A stretch of DNA of 64,000 nucleotides from Eledone cirrhosa (Eukaryota), in contig OZ024741.1 in assembly GCA_964016885.1 (NCBI GenBank), positions 318,060,001 through 318,124,000 on the forward strand, read 5' to 3'. Shown here in pieces: positions 24,861 through 38,369 of this stretch. The position numbers were made by a program, and so were the translations under genes. Within the stretch, counting starts at the first letter, position 1. The number at the start of each line of letters is the position of its first letter. The notes beneath the pieces are model-generated. The model was not told the origin of the DNA and made no database searches. It saw nothing but the letters and a program-made list of their open reading frames with translations.

Positions 24861-27160
24861 CTGTTAATAAAGATTATATGTGTTAGGGGAAAAATGTGGT
24901 TATCACCAAGAAGGGTCTCCAGCTGTAAAACATTGTTTTAAAAAAGACCTTTTGAGGAGCTTGAAGCCTGTAATGTGGTTCACAGGGCTAATCCTTGTTG
25001 CAGAACAAAAACATGACCTTAAAACATATGTTGTTGCTGATGCAGGTTATAAAAAAAAATCATCTTATTTAGTTATCCACATGTATTTTGAGTCAACAAA
25101 GATCCATCTAGGTGGTCACTCAACCTGCTAGAAATTGTAGCCAAATCTCTTACAAATCATATCTTACTGTCTTAAAAAAAGATTGCTGTGCTTATCTGGT
25201 TTGGAATAAGTGGTACACAATATTCCTGGTTGTCATAAGATGCAATTAAAAGATTTAGTGCCAGGAAGGGTATCTGAACATAAAAAAATTTCTAAAAAAG
25301 GACCCTATTGATGAATGTAACCTCAGTTGCAGGCCTATCCTTGCCTTAGCTGGGAATACAACCTTAATACACTTGTTGTTCTCTTAAAAAACAGACACAA
25401 TGGATAATGTGGTCCTAGATATACTGTATATGAAAAGCAGAAACAGAAAGAACATGATGGTCATGGGTGGAAAGCCTTTAAATCTTAGTTCTGGTTGATA
25501 AGAGCCTGACTAGGGACTAAACAACAACTACAAACATACCCACAAGTCAATGAGGACGCCTTTATGCGGTTGCTCGATCTGCTAGAAAGAAATAGCAGCC
25601 AAACTCCTTCAAATCATACCTCAAAAAGAAGATAACATTGGATCATGTGGCCATAAGTGCACTGCGGTTATGTAAAAGATATGATGGTCATAGCTGGAAG
25701 TTTTATCATAAATTTGCTGGATTAAACCCCCCTCCCCCACCCCACCACATAAAACATCAACAACACCACCACCAACAATAGTAACTATCACTGCACAGAA
25801 CTTGAATGTCGCTTTGCATTCTCTTCTGTCATTTAGTGAGGTGGCATTGAGAATGTCCATATGAAATACTTGGGACTTGGTTAAAGGCTTCCCAAATCTA
25901 TCACTATTTTAAAAAGCCGCATACTCATTAAGAGGCCCTTTCTGGGGTTAATGTTTTTCAATTGAATGCCCTTCCTAATGCTAACTCTCTTAACCACTTC
26001 CTATGACATGCAAGGATATGGTGTACCTATTTTAAACCAGATACACAGAAATTATAAAAACATTGTGTGTAGGGGAGATTACTGACAGCTATGATATGTA
26101 CTGTAAATGGACAATGAATGCAGAGTAAAAGGGTTTTAACCTTTTGTGATCATATTTCAACAGTCTGTTTCAATTAATTAATGAAAAACTTTGAGGGATT
26201 CACAAAAATTATGAATTATTTCATTATTAAGATATGGCTTTTATATAAAATTTTGTTGGGAGATTTTAATTTAAATAAAAAGCAGAATTTTATTTTATAA
26301 AAAGCAGAATTGGTTTTGGTTATGTTGGTATCAACATTTTAAGAGATATGATTAAGGAATATGCCTATGATAGGCAAAGGAAAAGTTAGGCAGACTTGGT
26401 GAGATTAGAGCTCCTTAACCACTTTGATACCATATTTCTAATGGAAAACATAGGCAGACTTGGTGAGATTAGATCTTAACTCCTTCATTCTCATATTTCT
26501 AATGAAAGACACTCCCTATGCTTTTCAATTAATTTTGAAAATAATCAAGAATTTGGAGATATTTAGTAATATAGAAAACTTTCTCATTATCAAGCTGGTG
26601 GTTGGAAAATAACTTAATAAAGATTCTTACATAAAGTTATGATGAAAGGCTTTTAGATAAAACAAACAGTTTTGTATCATAGAACCAAGGATTTCAGGTA
26701 GTTTGGTATGAAAAGGGTTATGATGTTGAACCTCATAGACAAGATTACTTAGGATTGATACAAGTAGAAATTTACTAATTAATCAATGCTAATTCTAAAA
26801 CAATGGAACTAATTTGAAGTTCAAGTGCATTACAAGTAGATATCTGTATCTCTGCAGTTCTGCAGTTCTGACAGTGCATCTTACAAGAGATTTTGATAAT
26901 TTAGGTTGGAAGCAGAAATTGATAACTAATCATCATAATCAGACTAATAAAATGAGGAAACAAGCTGATAGCCAGCCTTACAGCTAGACAAGCTGCTTAG
27001 TAGATAAATGTGTTGGCTTGTGGACATTATGGGCAGAGAATTGGTATTCACGGTATTTATTCAGTTTGTTTGTGTTTTGATTTCAAATCCAGCTGAGGCC
27101 AATTTTGCCTTTCATCCTTCCAGGGGTCATTGAATAAAATATCAGTAAATTCTTCTCCTT

Positions 27161-27249
<89 letters not shown>

Positions 27250-27955
27250 GATATATATATATATTCTCCATATGCATCACATGTCCATATGCATCACATC
27301 AGTACAGTCTTCTCTCTTGTACATTACATTCAATTCCTCTTATGTCAAGTTTTCCTCTCTAGTGTTGGTGATCTACACGATAAACACATCCAGTACATAC
27401 TGTAAGGTGGTTGGTGATAGGAAGGGCATCTACCCTTCAAAAGCTTGCCAAACAAAGGCTTGAGAGGACCCTTTAGTTATGTCAAGGATATGGCAGCCTC
27501 TCAAGTGATGGTGATCTACACAATAAAAGCATACAGTACACACTGTAAAGTGGTTGGTATTAGGAAGGGTATCCAGCCATAGAAAGCTTGCCAAATAAGG
27601 GTTTAGGAGGAACTTTCAGTTTGTGTCGAAAGACATGACAACTTCCCCTCTACTCTCGATATGACCGTACATAAATGGAATACAGACTGCTAAGCCTGTC
27701 TAGGAGGTCAGTAACCCCATGTCAGTACTGGCTTGGTCTATGTAGACCCATCCAATCCTTGCTAGCAGGGAGAGTGGATGCTAACTGATGATGATGATAG
27801 CTTTCTATACAAATTATTGAAATGCTTGGGTTTAATACCCCAATGGATGGAAAAAGTAGCCAGATTTTCTAAGATATTATTTACAGCAATCAACTGTGGT
27901 TATAGTTTTTCTTTGTATTTGCAGATTCCTATATTTTATAAAGGGTGCAAGCATG

Positions 27956-28023
<68 letters not shown>

Positions 28024-28049
28024 TACATACATATATATATATAGAGAGA

Positions 28050-29388
28050 GAGAAAAAATTCCAAATATGGAAGCATGGCCTAGAATCAAAAGGCCTTAAA
28101 GTTAACTTGTCTAAGACTAAAGTTCTAGTATGTAGAAAGGAAAATAGGGCACAGGTGCCCTCTGGGAAATGGCTATGCTCAGTGTGTAGGAAAGGAGTAG
28201 GTAGAAATTCCATTTTATGTCCCAAATGCAAACTGTGGGTACATAAAAATGTAGTGCGATCACAGGTAAACTATCTAAGAACGTAGATTTTATATGTGGC
28301 CGATGCTCAGGTGCAATAAGTAGCAAGTGTCCACAGGATACTAGCTCCTTCTATTGCCCAGATGGTTCTATAGAAATAGTGGATACTTTCCGTTACCTGG
28401 GTGACAAAATCAGCAGTGGTAGGGGGTGGTCTGAAAGTACAGTAGCCAGAGTTAGAACGGGATGGAAAAAGTTCAGAGAGCTTATACCGCTGTTGGCCAC
28501 AAAAGGTTTCTCTCTAAAAATGAAAGGCAGATTGTATGATGCCTGTATACGAACAACAATGATACATGGCAGTGAGACATGGGCATTGTGCGCAGAGGAC
28601 CTGCGTAGACTGGAAAGGTACGATGCATGCATGCTCTGTTGGATGTGTAATAGTAATATATGTGAACGGCAAAACATAAATGAACTAAGTGAAAAATTAG
28701 GAATAAGAGGGATCAGATGCTGTTTACTTGAGAGAAGACTACGTTGGTATGGTCACGTGACACGCATGAAAGACGACAGCTGTATAAAAAAGTGCAGGTC
28801 GATCAAAATTGACGGAAGTTATGGAGTAGGTAGACCCAGAAAAAGCTGGGACGATTTGATAAATTCTCACCTTACACACTTGCACCTCTCTAAGACAATG
28901 TCACTGGACCAAGATCTTTGGTGCCATGCAGTAATACAGAAGACACGCCTTGCTTATGTACAAAGCGAAACCTACAGTCAGTAGGCACCTCTTAGCCAAA
29001 TATACACCCAATCCACTACCCCTACTCCATCCTCCCACTCCCACCAACACCACCCTTTCTCTGTAAAGTTGGTACCATAACATCCAGTCCAAATTAATGA
29101 GATAATGAGATCGAGATCGAGATCGTGTAGGTATCACGACAAAAAAAACCCACACAGTCTACACTGTAATATGGCAGTGTAGGTAACACGGTAAAAAGTT
29201 CCCAGTCCACACTGTAAATGTGGTTGGTGTTAGGAAGGGCATCCAGCTATAGAAAACCTGCCAGATAGTCCTATACGAGTGAGACACGGTCACCTGACCA
29301 ACCTTGCCTCAAATTGGGACAACTCCCGTCTAACCCATGCTAGTGTGGAAGATGACGTTAAACAATGATGATGATGATGATGATGATA
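28050..29388 (+). mobile_element. RTE-clade LINE 3' fragment with (GAT)n tail
   Basis: ORFs 27945-28286 and 28379-28984 (RLRWYGHV, GRPRK.W); 3' UTR GTTAGGAAGGGCATCCAG...AACCCATGCTAG...(GAT)n. Confidence 0.93.
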
Positions 29389-29396
29389 CATTCATA

Positions 29397-29434
<38 letters not shown>

Positions 29435-29512
29435 TAAAACTTGGCCTGCGAAGATGATAGTTTGGTGGCTGTGATATACTGTATAATATAATATAATATA
29501 AGAGTTAGTAAT

Positions 29513-30227
29513 TGGATTTTTAGTGGAAAAATATTGAGATCTAAGAAGAAAGTAAACACTTGATCTGAAATGTGGGAGATAACAGCATATAATAGATTCA
29601 GATGATGATATGTAATGAATCTACTAAACATGTAATCAATCTTTTATACATGGAATCAATTTGTTATACATGTTATAGTAGGAAAATAACTGAATGTTAA
29701 GATCTATAAGTTAAAAGCATGTGAAGTTGGCTCTCATAAAATATAAGCAAAGGTATGTTTTAGCTGAAAAATCTAAGCAAAAATCTGCAAACAATGACTA
29801 AATTGATCCAATAAAACTGGATAACATAACGTGTAATATCAGATGTGATATCTAACAAGAAGCAAAACAAAACAAAACAAAACAACAAAACAAAACACAA
29901 TGTAAAAACTAAGATCTCTACACATCATTTCTATAAAAAGAATATTAACTGTGCTGACTAAGAGAATGTGTATTTAGAAATAACTATATTAAATGTACAT
30001 CAATGCAATGTATAGATTTGAAGAACATATTGATATTGCTAAAAGAACTTCTCAGAGGAAATTGTAATATTAATGAAGACAGTATTTGGTAATTCAGCGA
30101 TATTAATGTTGATCTTCTGAGAATGTCTGTTATAAATGGAGATGATTTAGTGATCCATAATTAGTTTAAGCTCCTGTTTTGTTTTGTATAGGATTGCATT
30201 CTAATATAAGCTGGCATGTATCAATCA
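29513..30227. repeat. ~715 bp near-identical direct duplicate of 45284-46005
   Basis: Colinear AT-rich sequence with only a few differences, e.g. (AAAAC)n length. Confidence 0.93.
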
Positions 30228-30447
30228 CTATGGCCACAGGCGTGACTGTATTATTTCCACTGTGTATATATAATGGTTTCTTATATAGGCACAAGGCCAG
30301 CCATTTTTTTTTGGTGGGAGGGAAAATTCATTAGGTTGGTATCATATGAGCTAAGGGAAATATATCATTGAAATAAAATGAAAATTATAAAAACTACAAC
30401 AACAACAACAACAACAACAACAAAGAAAAATAATGTAAACACTTTAC

Positions 30448-30743
30448 TTTAAATATATTCCTTGATAGATCCATTTCATCGACATCAACTGTTATTCGAA
30501 AGAGAGGCCAGATGTCCAAAGTATGTATCTCAAGCAGAACAGATTCAAGGGTCCACTCTGAATTCATATATGTGTTGTTGGTGGCATTTTTAAAATTCCA
30601 GCCACCAACTTTATGGATGAGCTTTTTCAAAGAGTCAAGTGTTTTTTTCCGGATATCTTGTTTGAAACCATCACTCTCCAAAAGGCAGGAATTATAAAAG
30701 TTTTTCACTTTCTGCTCTAGAGGCCCAACCAGATGTAAATTTT
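30448..30743 (-). CDS. M13 peptidase (neprilysin/ECE-like) exon, most 5' exon found
   Basis: ttgcAG acceptor and GTAAAG donor; 296 nt, phase 1 to 0. Encodes NLHLVGPLEQKVKNFYNSCL...IHKVGGWN...WTLESVL...PLFRITVDVDEMDLSRNIFK, matching the M13 motifs K.K.FY.SC, GGW and V..D.....NI. Confidence 0.9.
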
Positions 30744-30810
30744 CTGCAATAAACATAAAGAAACAAATACTTGAAATACATGATATGTATGTATGTATGT
30801 ATGTATGTAT

Positions 30811-31791
30811 GTCTCATGGTCGGGTCATTGGCGACTAAACTGGGAACCCCACCAAGGTTTCTTGGTGAGGAGGGTGACTTTGGACATCCTGCAGGACTAA
30901 AAACAAAACCTGTCAAAGGGCAAAAGAGCTCTTAAGAGTCAATGGCCATCCAAAATCACCGGGAGAGATGACCCCTTAGCCTTTGTCAAGGCAGAATTCT
31001 AGGAGAAGGAAAACTCTGATATAACACCTGCAACCCTGATGGTATCCAATGATGTTGACTTGTTCTTCTTTTTGGTAAATATCATCTTGGTTAAGAGAGT
31101 GGGACTGGCTTTGTGCAGTGCCTTTGCTCACTATAAAAGCTTCACGGCACAGGCATTGCTTTATATCTGGAGATCTCTCTGCACTTGTCGTCACATGGTA
31201 CCATGGGCCCAGCACTATGTGTCAATAATTGTCACAAGTGTAGTGTTTGTACCAGAGTTTTCAAGTCGCTGGCTGGACTAAAAAGTCACACTCGTTCAGC
31301 GCATCGGTAGGGGTTCTCCTACATGGATATGAAGTAGTGGCCGTACTCGAAAACGAGTTGGCAGCCACCATGTATGTATGTATGTAGAGATGACCCCTTA
31401 GCCTTTGTCAAGACAGAATTCTAGGAGAAGGAAAACTCTGATATAACACCTGCAACCCTGATGGTATCCAATGATGTTGACTTGTTCTTCTTTTTGGTAA
31501 ATATCATCTTGGTTAAGAGAGTGGGACTGGCTTTGTGCAGTGCCTTTGCTCACTATAAAAGCTTTACGGCACAGGCATTGCTTTATATCTGCAGATCTCT
31601 CTGCACTTGTCATCACAGGGTACAATGGGCCCAGCACTATGTGTCAATAATTGTCACAAGTGTAGTGTTTGTACCAGAGTTTTCAAGTCGCTGGCTGGAC
31701 TAAAAAGTCACACTCGTTCAGCGCATCGGTAGGGGTTCTCCTACATGGATATAAAGTAGTGGCCGTACTCGAAAACGAGTTAGCAGCCACC
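30811..31791 (+). mobile_element. Two tandem copies of the non-autonomous RTE-derived element
   Basis: 30811-31368 and 31386-31791 are near-identical and separated by (TGTA)n. Confidence 0.9.
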
Positions 31792-31842
31792 ATGTATGTA
31801 TGTATGTATGTATGTATGTATGTATGTATGTATGTATGTATG

Positions 31843-33928
31843 TTCTGGTTTTATAATTTCACAAAGTTTTACCAATAGAGAGAGAGTTGGTTTCTAACAT
31901 AGACACAAGACTCTCATTGGAATTTACACAACATCAACTAGGTAGATATGTATGTATGCATGCATGTGTAGATATGGATGTTATTGTATGTGAGGATGTG
32001 TATGTTTTGAGTTGTATGTGTGCATGTGTATATGCTTTGCATCTGTACATGTGTATATGCAGTTATTAGATGCAAAATTTTTGGAATGTTTTACATATTT
32101 TTACTGTTCCATTAATGGATTGTACTTGTAATTTCCTAACTAGTTGTGTTCTTTCTGTTCCTGTGAAGCCTAGCTTCTCAAGATTTGTATTGAGGCAGTT
32201 ACTAACATACCCCAGTGCCCCAATAATCACAGGCATAAATCTGAAGGTGTAATCAGGGTGGAGTATCTGCAGATTTCTCATCAGTTCTGCATAAATATTC
32301 TCCTTTTCACTAATCTTTGATATTATATTGGCATCTGCTGGGCAGCTAATTTCCACTACTCTGCATGCTTTCTTCTCCCTGTCCCATATCATAATATCTG
32401 GTCTGTTATGCCTGCATTTTATTGTGGTTTTTACTGGAACATTCCACCAGTACTCTTTCATAATATGTACATGGATGTCTTCCACATTGCTGTAGTTTTT
32501 AATGTGTTTATTATCGGGGCTATCTTTTTTATGAACTGCATTGTACAGTGTTTTGGCCACTACATCATGCCTCATAGGTAGATAGTACCGCGATGACATC
32601 TTTGGACAGCTGCTGATGACATGGGTGATATCCTCGATGTTAGTTCTGCAGAGTCTGCATTTGTTATCACATCTAGGTATTTTGCCTGCATCCCTATCTC
32701 TTTTGTGAATCAGGTATTTCGTGTTAATCTCCTGTTCCTGGATTGCAAAAGCATATCCTTCAAAGTGGGAGCCAAAATAGCGGTTGTTGGTCCAAGATAG
32801 ACTACTTTCCTTATCTATATTACTCTCACTCTGGAGCTTCCTGGCAACATATCCATGCATGATTTTTTGCTGATAGGCATGCAGTTTTTCATCCATGGAT
32901 TCACTGCGATACTGCTGAGCGACATCCCTGGGTCTGAGTTTTTGATTATCACACAGGGAATATCTCTCAAGGAGTTCCTTCCCAACTCTCATCTGTTTCA
33001 TGCAGATAGACTTGCTCGAGAAACGGGCTCCTACGCTTCGAGGTTCGTAGATGCTGTCGGAGAGATATGATGCGACATTCAAATGTTGTCTGGACTGATG
33101 TTAGGCCTCTGCCTCCCTGCTTACGTTTCAAGTAAAGGCGGTCTATGTCACTGTTGATGTGGAAGTTTCCGGTGTTGTTTAGTATTTTTCGAGTTCCAAC
33201 ATTAACTGCTCGCATTTCGTCTATCGTTCAGTTGAGTATTCCAAACGTTGGTGTTAGGACAGGCACAGCAAACACATTGTGAGCCACTGTTTTGTTTTGC
33301 GCAGAGAGTTCCGATGACCAGATCTTTCTTAATCGGGTGTAGTATTCCCTGGTTACGCGTTCTTTATTACAGATACCATTATAGGATATGTTCTCATCTA
33401 TCCCCAGGTATCTGTAACAGTCCTCATCAGATATCGGTGAAACAGGTAGGCCATTGATGACAATGTTGATCGATTGGGTTGTTGTTTTTCCCCGCTTTAC
33501 AGTCATGTATGAGCATTTATCTTGGCCAAACTCCATTCCTATATCCTTTGAGAACGTTGTAACCAGGTCAAGATTTTTCTTCATCCCATCCATGTTCTTG
33601 GCATAGAGTTTCAGATCGTCCACAAAGAAATTATGGATTAGGTTCGTATTTCTGTCCTCCTGTGAGCCAGTGATGTATCCCTCACGTTTCTTGAGCAGAA
33701 AGGACAAGGGGTTTAATGACAAGATGAATAATATCACAGAGAGACTGTCTCTCTGAAATATAGCCCTGCAATATTTTATTTTATCAGTGAAAATAGAGTC
33801 CTCCCTCTCTGTCTTTAACATTAGGATAGTAACCCAAGAAGAAGACAGCCTCTCTATGGTTCTGACAATAATGTCTGGGACTTTAGCAAGTTGGAGGACC
33901 TCTATCATCCAAGAGTGGGGAACAGAAT
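31843..33928 (-). mobile_element. R4/Dong-clade non-LTR retrotransposon (RT + CCHC + restriction-like endonuclease), 5'-truncated
   Basis: SVPHSW, FVDDLKLYA, IDRLYLKRKQGGRGL, CRLC..EDITHVISSC, RHD.VA, NRPDI..VEISCP, PVIIGALG; (TACA)n on both sides. Confidence 0.92.
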
Positions 33929-34777
33929 GTATGTATGTATGTATGTATGTATGTAAGAATGTATGTATGTATGTATGTATGTATGTCAAGGCAGAATTCT
34001 AGGAGAAGGAAAACCCTGATGGTTTCCAATGATGTTGACTTGTTCTTCTTTTTGGTATATATCCTCTTGGTTAAGAGAGTGGGACTGGCTTTGTGCAGTG
34101 CCTTTGCTCACTATAAAAGCTTCACAGCACAGGCATTGCTTTATACCTGGATATCTCTCTGCACTTGTCGTCACATGGTACCAAGAGCCCAGCACTATGT
34201 GTCAATAATTGTCACAAGTGTAGTGTTTGTACCAGAGTTTTCAAGTCGCTGGCTGGACTAAAAAGTCACACTCGTTCAGCGCATCGGTAGGGTTCTCCTA
34301 CATGGATATAAAGTAGTGGCCGTACTCGAAAACGAGTTGGCAGCCACCATGTATGTATGTATGTATATATGTATGTATGTATGTACATACATACACACAT
34401 AATTGTTTCTACTTTTGGCACAAGGCCAGCAATTATCCCAGTGTATTACTGGTATTTATTTTATCGACCCCGTAAGGATGAAAGGCAAAGTTAACCTCGG
34501 CGGGATTTGAACTCAATCCGTAAAGGGACGTAACTGTGCATACACATCATATAGTGTAGAAGGGACACTTTTGTTGAGTTAATAAGTGATATCCCCTTTA
34601 GAGCTGATGCCAGAATTTATAAAGTTCAGAAATATAAATCTGAGAGTCAGTAATTCTGATTAAGTACAAACTTGGGCTGTGTTGACCTGTCCAACCCATG
34701 CTAGTAGGGAAAAGAGATATCAAATAATATATATATATATATATATAAAATAAAGCAGTCTCTCTTATTTATTGTAA

Positions 34778-36054
34778 TAGCATGGGTTAGACGGGAGTTG
34801 TCCCAATTTGTGGCAAGGCTGGTCGGGTCACCGTGTCTCGCTCGTGTAGGACAGGTTTTCTGCCAGGTTTTCTATGGCTGGATGCCCTTCCTAACACCAA
34901 CCACATTTACGGTGTAGACTGGGAACTTTTTACTGTGTTACCTACATAACCACATTACAGCATGGACTGTGTTTTTTTTTTGTCGTGACACCTACATGAT
35001 CTCGATCTCATTTATTTGGACTGGATGTTGTGGAACCAACTTTACAGAGAAAGGATGGTGTTGGTGGGACTGGGAGGATGGAGTAGTGGTAGTGGGTTGG
35101 GGGTGTATATTTGGTTAAGAGGTGCCTACTGACTGTAGGTTTTGCTTTGTACATAAGCAAGGCAGGTCTTCTGTATTGCTGTGTAGCGCCAAAGATCTCG
35201 GTCCAGTGACATTGTCTTAGAGAGGTGCAAGTGTGTAAGGTCGGAATTTATCAAATTATCCCAGCTTTTTCTGGGTCTACCTACTCCGTAACTTCCATCA
35301 ATTTTGATCGCCCTGCACTTTTTTATACAGCTGTCGTCTTTCATGCGCATCACGTGACCATACCAACGTAGTTTTCTCTCAAGTAAACAGCATCTGATCC
35401 CTCTTATTCCTAATTTTTCACTTAGTTCATTTATGTTTTGCCGTTCACGTATATTACTATTACACATCCAACGGAGCATGCATGCTCCGTACCTTTCCAG
35501 TCTGCCTAGGTCCTCTGCACACAATGCCCATGTCTCACTGCCATGTATCATTGTTGTTCATGTAGAGGCATCATACAATCTGCCTTTCATTTTTAGAGAG
35601 AAACCTTTTGTGGCCAACACCGGTATAAGCTCTCTGAACTTTTTCCATCCCGTTCTGACTCTGGCTACTGTACTTTCAGAGCACCCTCCACCACTGCTGA
35701 TTTTGTCACCCAGGTAATGGAAAGTATCCACTATTTCTATAGAACCATCTGGGCAATAGAAGGAGCTAGTATCCTGTGGGCACTTGCTACTTATTGCACC
35801 TGAGCATCGGCCACATATAAAATTAACGTTCTTAGATAGTTTACCTGTGATCCCACTACATCTTTTATGTACCAACAGTTTGCATTTGGGACATAAAATG
35901 TAATTTCTACCTACTCCTTTCCTACACACTGAGCATGGCCATTTCCCAGAGGGCACCTGTGCCCTATTTTCCTTTCTACATACTAGAACTTTAGTCTTAG
36001 ACAAGTTAACTTTAAGGCCTTTTGATTCTAGGCCATGCTTCCATGTTTGGAATT

Positions 36055-36060
<6 letters not shown>
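34778..36060 (-). mobile_element. RTE-clade LINE 3' fragment (inverted twin of 28050-29388)
   Basis: ORFs 35126-35551 and 35558-36268; same truncation point and 5' flank as the + copy. Confidence 0.93.
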
Positions 36061-36151
<91 letters not shown>

Positions 36152-36384
36152 CATGCTTGCACCCTTTAGAAAATGTAGGAATCCGCAAATACAAAGAAAA
36201 ACTATAACCACAGTTGATTGCTGTAAATAATATCTTAGAAAATCTGGCAACTTTTTATGGATGAACAATACTATATATCTATCATCATCCTTGACTTAAA
36301 ATGCAATACTAGTGCTACATTAGTCAGCTGCTATGTTCCAACCATGGCCAGTTCTGAACAGAAAAAAGACAATTCCATGACCAA

Positions 36385-36456
<72 letters not shown>

Positions 36457-36469
36457 CTTGTAAGCAACA

Positions 36470-38330
36470 AGATGAAAATCATATTTCGATCTAAACCCTC
36501 ATTATATAAATATATATATATATCATCACATATACATATATTAACACACATATGGAGATCTTTTCAAGATGATTCAATGTCCTTAGTGATCTCAGAGTTG
36601 AAAGCTGCGTACAGTTTGTTGCAGAGCTTAGTTTGTTTCTCACAGGTTTTCAAAGGTTGAGTGTCAATACGCCAAGATGTAGATGACTTTTGACATCTCT
36701 TGTAGGTAGGATGGAATGAAGCTTTACTATGAAGGAGAATATGATCTGAAAGATAGGAGATACTGTGGAAGGAGCATGTGGTGTTAATATCCCTCAAATC
36801 CCATTTCTTCGTGATAAAAATGTCTATAAGGTGCCAATACTTAGATCAAGGATGTATCCAAGATGTCTTGTGGTAGTTTGGTTGTTGAAAAATAGGTTGA
36901 AACCATTTGTGTTTATTCAACTGACCCCTTGATAACCTAGTACTCCCTACTACACGACTGATAGTTGGTACCTACTTGAGCATTGAAGTACCCCTATAAA
37001 AATGAGTTTACTCTTATGTGGAACATTAGAGATGACGTTTCAGAGTTGGTCATGGAATTGTCTTTTTTCTGTTCAGAACTGGCCATGGTTGGAACATAGC
37101 AGCTGACTAATGTAGCACTAGTATTGCATTTTAGGTCAAATGACAGTGTTGTGATGTGGTCTAATATAGATATGGGCAGTCTTCCTCTAATTGTAATGAA
37201 CCTGCAAGATATGTTTCATTGAGTACAAGGGAGAGAAGCGCCATTTGACATTCTGGTGCAGAGTCACTGTCTTGGCATGTGCATACATCCCACGATGCAA
37301 GATATTGTTTGTTAATTTTGTTAATTTTCTTCATATTCTCACAGCATGTACTGGATAACCAGACAGCTGCAGCTGGCTGCCTAGTTAGAAATATGAGCAA
37401 GAAATGTTTAGGTCTCCTTTTATCACCCTCTCTTTTGATTGGGGGAAAGCAGTGGTGTATCTAAGTAGACCTGCTTTGTCATCACTAGAAGACACTAACA
37501 GCACAATTGCTCCTGGATTTGTGCTAGAACGGCCATCACCCAGTGGTCGCTGCTGTGTAGAGCTCTAACTAGAGACTTCCTGTAATATACTTTACCTGTC
37601 TCCATCACTTTCACTCTCTCACCAGAGGACTGTGTTGCAAATAGGTGAAGCTGTGTGAAACTGAACTGAACTAGAAACTAAGATACAGGTTTATAAAGCT
37701 GCTGTACTGACCACACTCTTATAGGGATCAGAATAATGGACTCCATATAGGTCACACATCAACCAACTATACATCTTTCATAAAGGTTGTCTTCAGACAA
37801 CTGTAGGTACACACTTGAAGACCAAATATCTAATGCTGACCCCTTCTCTAAGTGAAAGATTGGAGGCATTGAGACCTTTCTTATGCAATCACAACTGTAC
37901 TGGGCTGGTCATATTATTGGAATGAGGGACAAAAGAATACTAAAAGTCCTCATGCAGCCAGCTTGATAGGAGATATAGAAATGTTAGAAGGCTATGGCTC
38001 AGGTAGAAGGACAAGCTGAAGAGTAATCTTTCAGCAACCAATATATATATAAGACATTTGAGCAAGTGGCCCTAGAACAGAAAGCTGGAGATCTGTGTGT
38101 CATAATGAGATCAGGAACTTCAAATACGGTTGTATTCTTCAGCTACAAGAAATAAGAGGGAGAACAAAAGCATTATGAAAGATACCAGCAACATTGTTCA
38201 GTAATCCCTTGCATGATCTGTGGACTTGCTTGCAAATGATTGGCAGGACTAAAATGATTGGCAGGAATAAACATTCAAAGTGAATAAGATGAATAGGTTG
38301 TTTGGATCCTCATACGTCAAAATTGATGGT
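36470..38330. mobile_element. Old BovB-like RTE: AP-endonuclease part on minus (36470-37139), RT C-terminal part on plus (37140-38330)
   Basis: Minus strand: LVSCYVPT, KTSWIHP.SKYWHLIDIFI. Plus strand: TKIQVYKAAVLTTLL.GSE.W, QLYWAGHIIGM, C..C...LAGLK. Many stops. Confidence 0.8.
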
Positions 38331-38369
38331 AGAGTTCATCATACATATACGTATACATATGTATATCAC

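Noticed and set aside
31039-31281. Recurring 80-aa ORF MVSNDVDLFFFLV... as a multicopy small gene
   Set aside because: It recurs only because it lies within the repeated non-autonomous element; the recognisable coding remnant (C2H2 finger) is in another frame.
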